Below are positions 1 through 12,017 of a stretch of 64,000 bases of DNA, piece by piece. The notes below the pieces were generated by a model that searched no databases, was not told the DNA's origin, and saw nothing but the letters and a program-made list of their open reading frames with translations. Both the position numbers and the translations under genes were made by a program. The stretch comes from Cenococcum geophilum. Its lineage: Eukaryota. How positions within the stretch are numbered: position 1 is the first letter of the stretch; every line of letters starts with the position of its first letter. The DNA lies in assembly GCA_050273025.1 (NCBI GenBank), contig CP158635.1, forward strand, positions 24,242,001 through 24,306,000. Direction: 5' to 3'.

Positions 1-3000
1 CGTAGCATACTGCTAGAATTCCTTACTAATAAAGTTCCTACTAGCGTTATGGGTAATATACTACGGAGGTCCGACGTATATGTCAATCTAGCAGGTCCGT
101 AAAATATCCCAAGTATATTTTATGGATATATTTTACAACTAACGGGCGGCTTAATAGTGGGTTGCCTTATTAATTATATATAATACTGGACTGCCGTTAA
201 TATATATAATGTCTATGTATACTAAGTAGTTAAAGTTAAGGTCCTTATAAAGGGTGAACTTAAATCGGCCTAGGGAACGTCCGTATTTCTAGCAAAAGGA
301 GCAGTATTTAGTCAGATAATTAACTGCCTTCCTATTAACGTCGTCATGTCCAGAGCGTTTAAGGACTCTATATAGCTTTTCGGCTAACAGGTAGCCGAAA
401 CGGCGGTATAGACGGTGGATCTCCGTACTGGTAAAGTAGCACGGGTTATAGTCAAAAGATTCCTAAATGTAGGTCTATAAAGTCTCTCCCTATATAAGGA
501 ACGGGTATCTAAATCGTTGTGTAATTAGTAGGGTAATATACTTACTTCCTAGGGCAGTTACGGGGCCAATTAAGGTGTCCGTAATATTGTTATAGTACAC
601 CTATAACCTGTCTATGTCTGTAAGACAGAGTAGAAAGAGGGTGTCCGCTTTTACTATATAGAAGTTAACTAGGCCAATTAGAGTCTTAACTTTAACTAAT
701 CTAATTAATGCGGTTAAGCCGATGCCGAATTAGACGTTTACGGCCCTAGTTTATATAATATTAATATCCGTATTATTATTTGTGGTGGTCCTATATACAA
801 GGTATTGTCCATAGCCTGTGGTGGACTTTTTTAAGGCACCTATATCAATTATAACACCGTAGAATTCTTTAGAGGTATAGCGTTCTATAGTAATGTATAT
901 AAATAGGTCCTATTTATGGTCCGTAACGTCCATAATGGGTCTAGCGGGTATACTTATAGATTAGTTTTTAGGTGTAATTAAGTGTATAAATGAGCGGTCG
1001 GCTAATACGGTTATAATATTAAAGGCTTAGCTGTCCGTAAAAGGTCCAAAAGTAGTTAGGAATATCTCTAAGGTCTCCTATTCCTAGTTATTTAGGTTAA
1101 AGTTAATTATAAGGGCTTCTATTAACTTATTAGGGGGCTCCTCTTCTTCCTCTCCTTCGTATTCTAAGATAAACTAGTTAATCTGTTTATTAAATCTCTT
1201 TTTAGACCTATTACGTTCTTCCTAGGTATACCTTATAGACTAACATTCTTCCTTACCACACACAAAGCATTTCTAGCTTATTTGTCTACAGGGGTATACT
1301 TTTATACAGGAGTTGCTACGGGGGTTACAAGTAGGACTTAGTCGGTACGGGTGCTGCTAATAGTAACGGCGGTCCGTAAAGTAGACGTCTAAGTCTATTT
1401 ACGGATATTAAATATCCGTAGCAAAGGCTTAAGTGCTGCCTAGCGGGTTTAAGACTTTATACGTTATAATAGAGGAGCGTAAATCATTAATAAGGCCAGC
1501 TAAGGTATCTATAGGCTTATAGCAGGCATACTTATAGGGCTCTACTTCCTGGTAAGCCGTAATAAGTTTGTTATACAGGAAGTCGTCTATTTAAAGCTTA
1601 GCGTCAAGGCCGTACTATAGGTGCTAAAGGTCTTTAATAAGGATTTATAGACACTCTATAGTCGATTTTTCGGTATTCTTGTCGATTACGGTCCGTAGCT
1701 TAGTCGCATTCTATTAGGTAAGGATATTACGCTTATATTCCGGTCCTTTAAAGTAGTTATATATAGCTTCGCATAGTTTATTAAATGGAACACTAAGGGG
1801 GTTGCTCTTAAGGTTGGTGTAGTAATGGTTAAGGGCTAGGCCGCGTAGTATAGTAGAGTAGGCTTGGCCGAACTCCCGTTTAGGAATATCGGCCTTCTAA
1901 TAAAGGTCCGTAAAGATAGTCAGTTTAAAGTCGAAATTGTCGTTTTTACCGCTATACTTTAATTCGTCGGTATAGAGCTTGGCTAGGTTAGCTAGCTCCT
2001 TACCATAGGTCTTTACTTAGGTAGGTTGCGGATCTATAACTTATAGATCTGTAGCTTGCGGATATATAGCTTACGGATATATAGTTTATAAATATATAGT
2101 TTACGGATCTGTAACTTAAATAACGGGGGTAATTTGGTCCGTATTTTGGTTTATAGGGGTATTATAGTCCGTGACTTAGGTTACGGGGGTATTATAATCC
2201 GTAGCTTAAGAATAGGGTGTGCTTTAGCCTATAAGATTAATTCTAAATATACTTAGGTTTATTAGACGAATTTGGTTAAGTATATTAGGTATAAGGCTAG
2301 CAATCCTATTAAGTTTGGAAGAAGCAAAGAGTTTATTAGTGGCCTTAACCTAATCTAGGATTTCCTCTTTAGTCTATTCCGTTTAGTCTTTTTTATATAG
2401 TGTATTGTATAGGGACTATGCAATAGTAACTCATTTGTCTTTTTTAACCTATACACCTTGGTGACGTAAAAGGTTTCGTAGGTTACGGATAGGTATAATA
2501 CTGCAAGCCTTAAAAATAGCTTCTGTAAAGTCTGTAAAGTCTTCCTTATATTGCTCCTACAGGTCGTTATTTATAAGCTTATAATGTCCGTATTTAAGGA
2601 CTTTAAACTTAATGTAGTTATTAACGTCGTTTATAGACGTAAGGTCGACTCCTTAGCTCTATTTCTCTTAACCTTTATTAATCTGCTTGCTTATGTCTGC
2701 CATACTATGTAGTGTAGTACGTAGCGGGGTGGAAAAGGTCTTGTAGTGGTCCGTAAAGGCGGTTAATAGGTCCGTAACGGTTTGTAGAAGGGTAGGGGGT
2801 TTCCGTAAGGTCTTGTAACGGTCCGTAAAGGTAATTAGCAGGTCTATGGTGGTTTGCGGGAGGGTAGGGGGTTCCGTAAAGGTCTGTATTCGCGTTTATA
2901 AACTTCCGGTAAACCGTACTAAGACTTGAATAAGTATACAGAGTTAGTGATAGGTCCGTAATCCTTCACCTTCTAACCTTCCGGCAGGTCGTACTAGGAT

Positions 3001-3327
3001 TGAACAGGTGGTTGCTGTCGAGTATCGCTTGGGGGGAGGTGTTAAGTGATTGCTAATCTGTGCGCGCTTACTAATTAGTGTTTATACTAACTTAATGGTA
3101 TAGGCGAGTTGTGTCTAGGGGTACGAAATACGTATAGTATTGTATGCTCATTTAGACGGTGGTGACTGTCGATTCTATTAAGGTAGGCTACGTGGTCTAT
3201 ATACTGACGCACCTCCTCCCTAACTAGCTAGTATTTTAGGAGTGCACCAGGCGCGTAAGTAAGTGGGTACACCAAACGCGTAAACGCGTACTTGGTGTAT
3301 CGAACGCGTAAGCACGCGGTTAGTACA
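1..3327 (-). mobile_element. Ty1/Copia LTR retrotransposon (GalEa-like), 5' part, RIP-degraded; continues off the left edge (Copia-1)
   Basis: The minus-strand frame from ATG ~2703 gives a zinc knuckle KCFVCGKEEC*SIRY (~1230-1270), protease IIDIGA (~835-850) and integrase N-terminal RPPGRFKFTL-like text (~250-280). This is Copia domain order, collinear with the Copia at 49036-55100. The outer end is the LTR terminus at 3327. Confidence 0.88.
3079..3327 (-). repeat. 5' LTR of Copia-1
   Basis: Reads TGTACTA...TAAACA on the minus strand and is followed by CTAATTAGT, the same junction seen after the 5' LTR of Copia-2 (49213). The partner LTR is outside the window. Confidence 0.7.
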
Positions 3328-5386
3328 ATAGGTGCTGTAATTATATAATAGTAGTCCTAAATTCCAAACCCTTATAATTTAAGATACTTAAATTTATATA
3401 CAATTCCCCTATAGTAGGGCATCTGGGCTATATAAAGACCTATAAGATTATCTAATAAGTATATTACTGGCCTATAATATATAACTATATATAAAAATAC
3501 GTTTAAGTATGCAGAATATGCGTATATAGGAAGACCTCTTATATAAAGAAGTAAGGAGTACTTTAACCGTTACCAATTCCAATATAAAGATGGCGAAATA
3601 TCTTAATTAACTTTATAGTTAACCTGCCTAATAATAATAGGTTCACGAATATTATAGTAGCTATTAACCGTTTTATAAAAATGTAATATATAATTTCTAT
3701 AGACTTAATTAATATTATATTAGTAGCCAAATGTTTTATTAAGCACGTCTTTAAGTTATATAGACTTCCTAACTTAATAATATCCGACTATAAAAGCCAG
3801 TTTGTTTTAGACTTTTAGTAAGCCCTATATAAATAATTAAGTATATAAATATAACTCTTAACTATATTTTATCTAGGGATAAATAGTTAATCTAAAATTG
3901 TAAATATGATTATAGAACAATACCTATAAATATACTGCTCCTACCTATAAAATAACTAGGAAAAGTAGCTACCTTTAGCTAAGTTTACTATAAATAATAT
4001 AAGAAACGAATTAATAGGTATAATGCCGTTCTATATAACCTACGGATAAGACCTTTAACTTAGATTTAAACTATAACCCAAAATTAATATAATAGGACCT
4101 ATAATTAAGAGGATTTAACTAATTAACGCGCATAACTTCGCTAATTAAATAAAATAGTTAATAGAACTATTATAAAGTAAATTAACGTACGCTTGAATGG
4201 TATAGGAATAGTATATAAATAAAGGACGAGCTCCTGCGTGGGACTTTAAGGAAGGTAATATAGTTTACCTAAATATATAAAACCTAAAGACTTAATAACC
4301 CTTAAAGAAACTAGACTGGAAGTTTACAGGCCTATATTAAATTAAGAAGAAACTAAGCCTATATGCTTATAAGCTTAAACTACTAACTAAAATAAAAATA
4401 TATCCGATGTTTTACGTAAACTTGCTATAACCCTTAAAAGGTAAACCTATAACTTGTAAAGTATTACTATTACCTCCTATAATTATTAATAACAGTAATA
4501 GTTCTTACTTTATTAACTTAATTAACAATATATAATAGAAAATATAATCTAAATAATTTAAACTTTTTATTAAGTAAAAAGGATATAAAATATAAACCTA
4601 GGAAACCTATAACTAGATTAAGTCTAACGCGCCATCCTTAGTAAAAGAATTCTATAAGGACTATCCTTTACGGCCTACTTTAGCTAAATAGACATAATAT
4701 AAAGGCAAATAATTGCCGCCTAATATAAATATATAAAAAACAATAATAAGAACTTAAAATATATTATAATATTTATAATACGGTTATATAATATACAAGA
4801 TGTTAAGGAACTTTAACTAGCAGTTAAAGTTATTTAATTAGTTAGATTTACCTTACTAAGACCTACTATAAAGATATTAGTTTGGCTTACCGCCTTAACT
4901 AAGCTAATAGCAATTTTCTATACTGGGTATGGAAAATCTTAATTAGCTTACTTAATGATTAGAACTAGTAAAACTCTATACTACTACCTAACGCGAAAAT
5001 ACAATACGCGATAAGTTATAAGTCTTAACTAAAATTAAATTATTTAGACCTTTAGCTAAAAGGGGGGGTACTATAACGGGACTAGCCTAGTTATAGTAGA
5101 AATGTCTTAGTAAAACACTTAATAGATAAATTCTAACGCTTTAACCAAATTCTGCCGAATTCTGCTAGATTAATTAAATTTTACCAAAGTCTATTAAAGA
5201 CCGCGTGCGTATATACGCACGCATCGACCACTAAGCCCCTAACTATTTAATTATATAATTCTCTTGTTATTCCTTTCTCTTCTTTACGTAACGTCTTGTT
5301 CTTAGCGAGAGCTATATACCCTTAGATTTAGATGGAATTTATATTATTCCTTCAAATCTTCCCTAAAGTCTCTCCGCGCCCTTATA
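3328..5386 (+). mobile_element. Ty3/Gypsy chromovirus, 3' part (integrase, chromodomain, 3' UTR, PPT, 3' LTR), RIP-degraded (family H)
   Basis: Integrase zinc-finger text NSPIVGHLGYIKTY (~3400), KKLDWKFTGLY (GPY/F module, ~4310), chromodomain-like segment ~4500-4680, PPT AAAAGGGGGGG at 5058-5068. Confidence 0.85.
5072..5386 (+). repeat. 3' LTR of Gypsy H
   Basis: Starts TATAACGGG (RIPed TGTAAC) just after the PPT and ends CCTTATA (RIPed ..ACA). Contains a TATA-like run and a pyrimidine tract. Confidence 0.65.
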
Positions 5387-7407
5387 AGAAGAGATATAAA
5401 TAGGTTAATTAAAATAATATAGGAGACGCTAAAACCGATTAAGCTATAGAATAAAGGGTAGCTAAGTTACGTAGCTAGTTATATTATAAATTCTAAAACG
5501 TGGGATATACTAACGTACTAATATATTAACATAGTATATTTCTTAGGCGTAGTATTATATATTTAAAGGACCATAGTCCCTACCTAGATAGTTCTCTTCT
5601 TTATAGTAAATCTTAGAATATAATTAAAGCTAATCTATTAAGTAACCTACTTTACTAGTTATTAATTTCTTATTTACCTATATACTTAGCCTATTAATAA
5701 GTCTACTATAGTATTTCCTATAAGGCTTTATTATATATTTACTGCCTAGTTATAGTATTAATAAAGTTAAATAATATACTACCTAGGAAGGCACTAGTTA
5801 TAACGCTATCTATAGTAGTAACCACTTTAAGGTTAGGAGGAGATACTAGTATATAAGATAACGACTTATAAGGAATTACGATGGCGTAGTTTAGAGAGTT
5901 TATTAAAGAAATAGATAGTAGTTAAGGTATACTACTATAACAGCTACAAGACATTAAAAAGAAAAGATTAAAATACTATTAATTAAAAGGTTTTTGGAAA
6001 AGAAGTATAAGCTAAAAGGATTTCTTATATAAAATAACTAAAGATTAGATATAAGAGAAGTAAGCTAAAACTTATAAGTAATTAAGTGGCGTATACGGGA
6101 TTGTTCTTAACGGGTTAGGCGCTAAAGTAGTTTAAACCCTATCTTATGGAGATATAAGCTAATAGGTTAGCTACTACTAATTTAGAAGCGTGGTATATAT
6201 TATTAAGCTAAAAAGGATTTACTAATAGAATAATGCAAATATATAGAGATCTGGAGTTAATAGCAACGGCTAAAAAAAGCTCTATTAACTTACGTAAAGG
6301 GGATTAGCAATAGACTATATAACGTAGTTTTAAATATTAACGGCGTAGACTAAATAAAATTAAGAGGCGTTAATAGTATAGTATAGAAGGGGTCTAATGG
6401 CTAAAGTTTAAGCTATTATAATACTAATGGACGATCTAAGCGATAATTAAATAAGCTATTAAAGTGGATAACCGGCTCTACTAAAGCGATAAATTTAGTA
6501 GAATATAATAGGGACTAATATATATAAGAAAGACATAGTAATAGGTATCTAAACTATAGTATAGCGCAGAGCTAAGAAACTTAAGCGGTACTAAAGAAAT
6601 AAGACAATAGAATAAGAAACTATAGAAACCTAAAGGTTAAGGATTAGGTAATTATAGGACTAAGAAGTAGAGGCTAAACTAGGGATCTTAGTAGTAGAAG
6701 ACGTTTAGGCGGACTCTATAGTAAGAAAAGTAGTTTAAAGACGGAGCTTATATAAATTATAGAAAATAAGGTTACTTTACTAGGGACTATAAATGTAGTT
6801 AGAGTAACTATATAGTAAAAGGAACTAGATTAGCAAACAATATATATATAGAAGGATAATAATATACTATAAGGAACAAAAAAATGTTTAATTAAAAGTT
6901 TCACGTTTTATTATAATAACTTATACTAAGTTTATAAAGACGCTAAGGACGGTATAAGCTATTAGCTATAAGAACCTAAGTTAAAAGCACTTTAAAGTAT
7001 ATAAGAGTTAGATAAAGAACGAGATTAACTTTATAAACTAGATTAGAACCTAAAGGGTATATTTAGCTAAAGGTTAGCAAAAAGAATTCTTAAAGATTAG
7101 TTTTACTAAAGAGTAATAGTATCTAAGGATTAAGATAATTAGACTATTAGTAATAACGATAAGGTAATAAAGGCGACTTATTAGAAGTATATAAACCTTA
7201 AGAACATAATAATAGAGGTAGAGACTAAGACTACTATAGAGTAAGGTTTAGTAACGGACAGCGTGGTTTTTATTTTCAATATTGGCACTAATTAATATTG
7301 GCGAGTATTGGCGAGTATTAACCATATTTATAAATATTTGCAGATCCTCTTAGCGCCCCTTAAAATTTTTTTAACTTAAACATTATATAGATAGATTATT
7401 AAATATT

Positions 7408-9510
7408 ATGGCTTCTAAAGCAGACTTATTACTTATTACACCTATATTAGACTCCCTTAATATAAAGTTATTAAACCGCCAGCAAAAGAAGACCTTTAAT
7501 CTATAGATATATACTTGGGCTCTAGACGAAGATAAGGATATACACTATAAGAAAATAAGGCTTATATACTGTAAATATTATATAATAACAATACATTGCT
7601 TAAAATCTACTATAAACTTTTGAAATTACCTAAGAACTAAGTATAATATCTACTTAGAAAAACGAGAGGGCCCTATTTATATAAAAACTCGCAATTAACT
7701 TTAATATCTCTATATATAACTCCACGATGTAAAGTAGTTAAATAATATTAATACGCTTGCCCTTTAAAACACCCTAAATTAGGAAGCTATTATAATAGCG
7801 CTTGTTTCCTTAATAACCGTATAAAGACTCCTATTTAGAATAGTTAAATAGCTAGAGTTTTACGTATTTTGTAGGGTCCTTAATCTAAAGGTTAAGGGTT
7901 ATATTATAATAGCCTACTCTATTATTATTAATATAGTCTAGAATATATTTATAGCGTAGAGGGACATTATACGAAAGAAGCTTTAATTAGTAATATCTAA
8001 GGTTTATCTCTTATTAGATATCTAGACGTCTCCAAATTAATATTTTTTACTTAGGGTTTACGTATACTTTATAGATTAAAATTAAAAATTAAAAAGAGGC
8101 CTTCTTGCGTTTTATACAACTCCATTATATAGTAAAGAGGATTAGTTCTAAACGCTGCTTCTAATACTTTAGGACTATAGTATCGTATAAAGACTTAGTG
8201 CTATTATTGCTAATAATACATCTATAAATAACGTCCTATATTATACGATCTAGAAGTATCTTTAAGAAGAATATAATATAGAGTGGAAATCTATACACTA
8301 ACGAATTTAGTATAATAGCTATATTATCCACCTTACTATTAAGGCCTTCCTCTTTAAAGACTTAATTTAAGAAGATAAGCTTATATCATACAACGTTAAG
8401 GATAAGAGAGGACTTTAAGTTAACCTAAACTTTAGGAGTAGCTAATTTCAAGCTCTTAGTATACTAGGTAAACTTTATAATATTATTATATACACCTAAA
8501 GCTTACCTAGCCGTATAAAAGACTTCCTTACTCTTACTTAAAGAAGAATTCTATTAGATAATCGTATGAAATAGAATAGCTAGCATTAGATGCTTTAGGT
8601 TGCCTTAAAGTATAAGTTAGCAATTAATCTTTATATAAAGAAGCATACTAAGACCTTAGGCAAAGATTTCTTAACTCTATAGGATTAGACTTCGCTTTAT
8701 ATAACGTATAACTTCTTCTAGATCTTTAAGAGAGTAATATTAGAAACTTAAGGGCATAATACAACGATCTTAAGCGTTCTCTTTTTAATGGATATTCTTA
8801 TAAGGCATTTTAAGCAGAGTTTTATAAGAATTCTCTTTACTTTTAAGAGTTTTTTTAACGTCGTATAATAGGAACACTATAAGAATAATAGCTACTTTAG
8901 CAAAAGGATTTAAATTGGATAGAAGGTGTTTAATAAATACTACCTAAAGTTTAATAAATCCCCGTTATATGCTGCGGCAATTATTCTTTATCCTAAACGT
9001 TATACGAGGTATATCTAAGCAAATTAGGAAAAGAAGTGGTAGAGAGCTATACTTAAAAAGGTTAAAGGACTTTAGGAGGATTACTAATTATAAGCTTTTA
9101 GGCCTAAGACTCTTTTTACTTAGCTATTAGTTTTACTATACTGGCAAGCCTCTACTAAATAAGAATTAGATTTATATAATCTAATTATTAAGGATTTTAA
9201 TAAGTTTACTTAACCTTAAAGCTAAGACGAGTACGACAACTATATTACTAATCCTCTAAGTTAAATTAGAAAGCTTTCTGCCCTTAAATAGTGGTGCTAA
9301 GAGTAACAGCGTATATAATGGCCACGATTATCGCTACTAGCTATTACTATTCTATTAATTCTAGCAATAAGTAATAAACCAGAACGATCCTTTTTAGGAG
9401 CGCGTCGTATAATCTTATAGGAGAGGATGTAAATAGGTATTAAGAGTCTTAAAAGAGTAGAGTGTTTAAAATAGTGGCAGCGAACTAAGCTCTTACTTAA
9501 GGTTATTTAA
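7408..9510 (+). pseudogene. hAT transposase (BED-like finger, DDE core, C-terminal dimerisation domain)
   Basis: ATG at 7408; LLDI*TSPN (first catalytic Asp region, ~8010-8040); YAAAIILYP (~8965); dimerisation motif ALK*WC...WPRLSLLAITILLILAISNKPERSF (9280-9395). Many RIP stops. Confidence 0.88.
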
Positions 9511-9704
9511 CTTATTTTTTGTATAAAGCTTTTAATAGTATCTAGCTTAATTATCTATATATGCTAATCTAGTTTGGTTTTATTATATAAGACAACTACT
9601 TAGCTTATATAGCACGTTAAGCTATAGATCTTATGTAAGTGCTGCTAATAATTCTAATAGCTAAATGTGTGCCAATATATACTAAATAAAAGTTTATACG
9701 TACC

Positions 9705-10280
9705 TTATATAAGAATAATTGCGTTTTAGGCCGTAGCCCCAGGCTTATTGTTAATTAATAACGGTGCTGCTGCCGTACTATCCCCACTATTGCTACTAAG
9801 CCCTGCTTATAGCAAGCGTAGAAGTCTACCGTTATTACTTTTATCCTCGCCTTATATAGAGCAGCGGGATATATGGTTACGCTATTTATAATTCCTATAT
9901 GTTCCGCTAAAGTGCTTAGGTACCTAACAATATAATAGAAACGGGTGGTAGCCTAGGCGAGCGCCGAGGCACGCAGCGTATGGGTTACCTACCACCCAAC
10001 CCCGAGATTATATAAGGATGGCGTTAATGTATAAAGGCCGGTGCGAAGCTATCTAATAAGGGGAGATCGCGCCTCGTACGAACTCCACATCCTGCCCTGG
10101 AAGGGCCAGCAACGCACGGCTCTGCGGACTATAACACTAGGGAGCCAATTACTGCTGTCCTATAATGAGGACGGGGTTAGTATTAGCGCCGGCGAGGGCA
10201 GCGGCGGCAACGGTAGCGTTATAGAGGACAAGAGCCCTAAGTTAATATTAGCTTTATACGATCTTTCTAGATAATATATA
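9705..10280 (-). pseudogene. DUF3716-like cysteine-rich protein encoded antisense inside the hAT element
   Basis: One continuous minus frame: RALLALPGQDVEFVRGAISPY*IASHRPLYINAILI*SRGWVVVGNPYAACLGARLGYHPFLLYC*VPKHFSGTYRNYK*RNHISRCS. De-RIPed it gives C-x2-C...PF..C...CGNCKW....RC, the DUF3716 pattern as I recognise it. Start is approximate. Confidence 0.72.
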
Positions 10281-11080
10281 TACATTATTATTGCTGTTAT
10301 TAGTAAGGTAAAGTTAGTTAAAGTAAAGGGTTAATGTTAAAAGATTATACGAAGGCGCGCTATTACGTAACTAGATTATATAGCTTAAGTTATATAATTA
10401 TATTATAAAACTGTTAATCTATGCCAATAATTTATATAATATTTATTTTTAATAAGTATATTTCTATTATAATAATTTTATCCAAATTATTGTTAATATT
10501 TTAATATTGATACTGTAAATATTAACAAATGCCAATATTTTATTGGCTGGATTTTCGCTTATTAAAAACCACGCTGGTAACGGGGATTAAGACCCCATTA
10601 GATATAATATCTATTACTTTATAAGACGTAAGAGAAGGAGGGTAGTAAACTACCTCGGCACTTAGTAAAGGTAAAAGGCCATAGGTATAAGATTCTTAAG
10701 AAGAGATAAGTAAGATTTAAGACCTTATAGAAAGGATAAGAATATAAAAGAACCCAAACCTAGAATAGGTATTAAACCCTATAGGGATAAAAGAAACGGC
10801 TAAAGAGCTAAGCCGTTAGGTAGATAAGTAAGTATATAAAGCTAATAAGTAGCTAAGTAAAGTACAGATTCTAGGTTAGCACTGTTAATACGCATAATAA
10901 TATAAGTATAGAGCTTAAGGCGGAAGGTATAGCGAAAGTAGACAAAATAGAGGCAATAATTAAGGAGTGTAGGCAGCTCTAGAGGAGTTAGGTCATTCTT
11001 TTATCCTTAGGCGTTTCTTGCCTTCTAAATAGGGCTTGTAAAGAAACGTTAGGGGACAACGTTTTAGGTAGGGGTAGAAA

Positions 11081-11309
11081 TATAACGTCCCTTGGTTATT
11101 TTGGTTCATTTCTTATTATATATAGGGCGCTTAGGTTTATATATATATTACAGAAGGAGCTTAGGTTTTATGGAGGCAACTACCACAACACAATCTGACT
11201 TACCCTCCAGTTATTCTTCTACCTCTCTAGTATAACTTATCTAGTCCCATTCTCCTTACAATACTCAACTAAGTATTATCTTTTTAGTGTCGGGCTTTGC
11301 CCTTCCACA
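11081..11309 (+). repeat. LTR-like sequence closing the left TE block
   Basis: Preceded by a purine tract (AGGTAGGGGTAGAAA) and a small hairpin AAACGTT..AACGTTT. Starts TATAACG (RIPed TGTAACG), ends CCACA. Un-RIPed coding-like DNA begins right after. Confidence 0.55.
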
Positions 11310-11714
11310 ATACTAGAGAGCTATGAAAGCGGTCGAGAACAATTCGTGGAGAGCTACTCGTTCTAAAAACGATTGGCGTTATAAAGTACCTTCGGGATAT
11401 TTCAACGCCTTGATTGATAAAGTTATCTATTCAGCCAAACACGTTAATCAAACCTTGACCATAGATGAGGAAAGTTCTGCTGAAGTCCAATACAACAGCA
11501 AATGTTTCCAAACCACTTTCCTACCCTGAAACACCGCCGCATGTTTAGCACACGGCATGGCTATATTGGATTCGCGCCCAATCCAGCTGAAAGGGGAGAT
11601 AGGAGTGGTATCTTTACCGGCAGCAAGTTACCTCTGGCGGAAGGCTCATATTGGCATCCCATTGGGGGCTCGTACGTCCACGGAATGATTGAATGGCGGG
11701 AAGTCCAAGAGTGA
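11310..11714 (+). pseudogene. C-terminal relic of a HET-6-like (heterokaryon incompatibility domain) gene
   Basis: RRMFSTRHGYIGFAPNPAERGDRSGIFTGSKLPL...PIGGSYVHGM matches the conserved tail of HET-domain proteins (GYIGLxP..GD...G...YVHG). Upstream part has stops/frameshifts and is cut by the LTR at 11309. Confidence 0.75.
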
Positions 11715-12017
11715 TTCTTGTGAGCTTATTTGGTTTGCTTGAGATAATACAAGTGATTGATGCATTGGCCAGTAGGTCGGGGCGACAGTTGCTCACAATT
11801 GACTTACCAAGGTAGGAACTAGAACTAAAAAAGTATAAGAACGTCACATCCTACTCGGCAACTGGAAACTTCTTTTCATAACTTTGCACGCTGTTTCCGA
11901 ATGCCTCGAGTCATTAAGTATTATGAGTTTCATAGTACCCTTCACTATACAATGGGCGAAATAGTTTGAAGAGATGAGGAACAATGCCGTCTGGTCAACT
12001 GGAGTTGTTCAAGAAGA

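Larger units (their letters stand above)
7259..10576 (+). mobile_element. hAT-superfamily DNA transposon, full length, RIP-degraded
   Basis: TIR CAGCGTGGTTTTTA / TAAAAACCACGCTG. 8-bp TSD GTAACGGA (7251-7258) / GTAACGGG (10577-10584), differing by one transition. Subterminal ATTGGC/GCCAAT repeats. Confidence 0.93.
5387..11080 (+). mobile_element. Gypsy family-G-related element (G0): partial 5' LTR plus gag region, pol absent, interrupted by hAT
   Basis: 5520-5850 aligns by eye with the LTR end and gag start of G (56130-56440). 6560-7258 and 10577-10720 align with G gag (57720-58450). No RT or integrase follows. Confidence 0.75.

Noticed and set aside
3031..3045. GGGGGGAGG-TGTT as the PPT/LTR start of a plus-strand element
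   Set aside because: Copia-2 has a similar tract inside its leader (~49611-49627), and the shared CTAATTAGT junction places the LTR edge at 3079.
6110..6125. Scattered TTAGGG/CCCTAA as telomeric repeats
   Set aside because: Never in tandem arrays; expected by-products of RIP.
10041..10274. 77-aa plus-strand ORF as a gene
   Set aside because: It is the antisense shadow of the DUF3716-like frame and has no recognisable motif.
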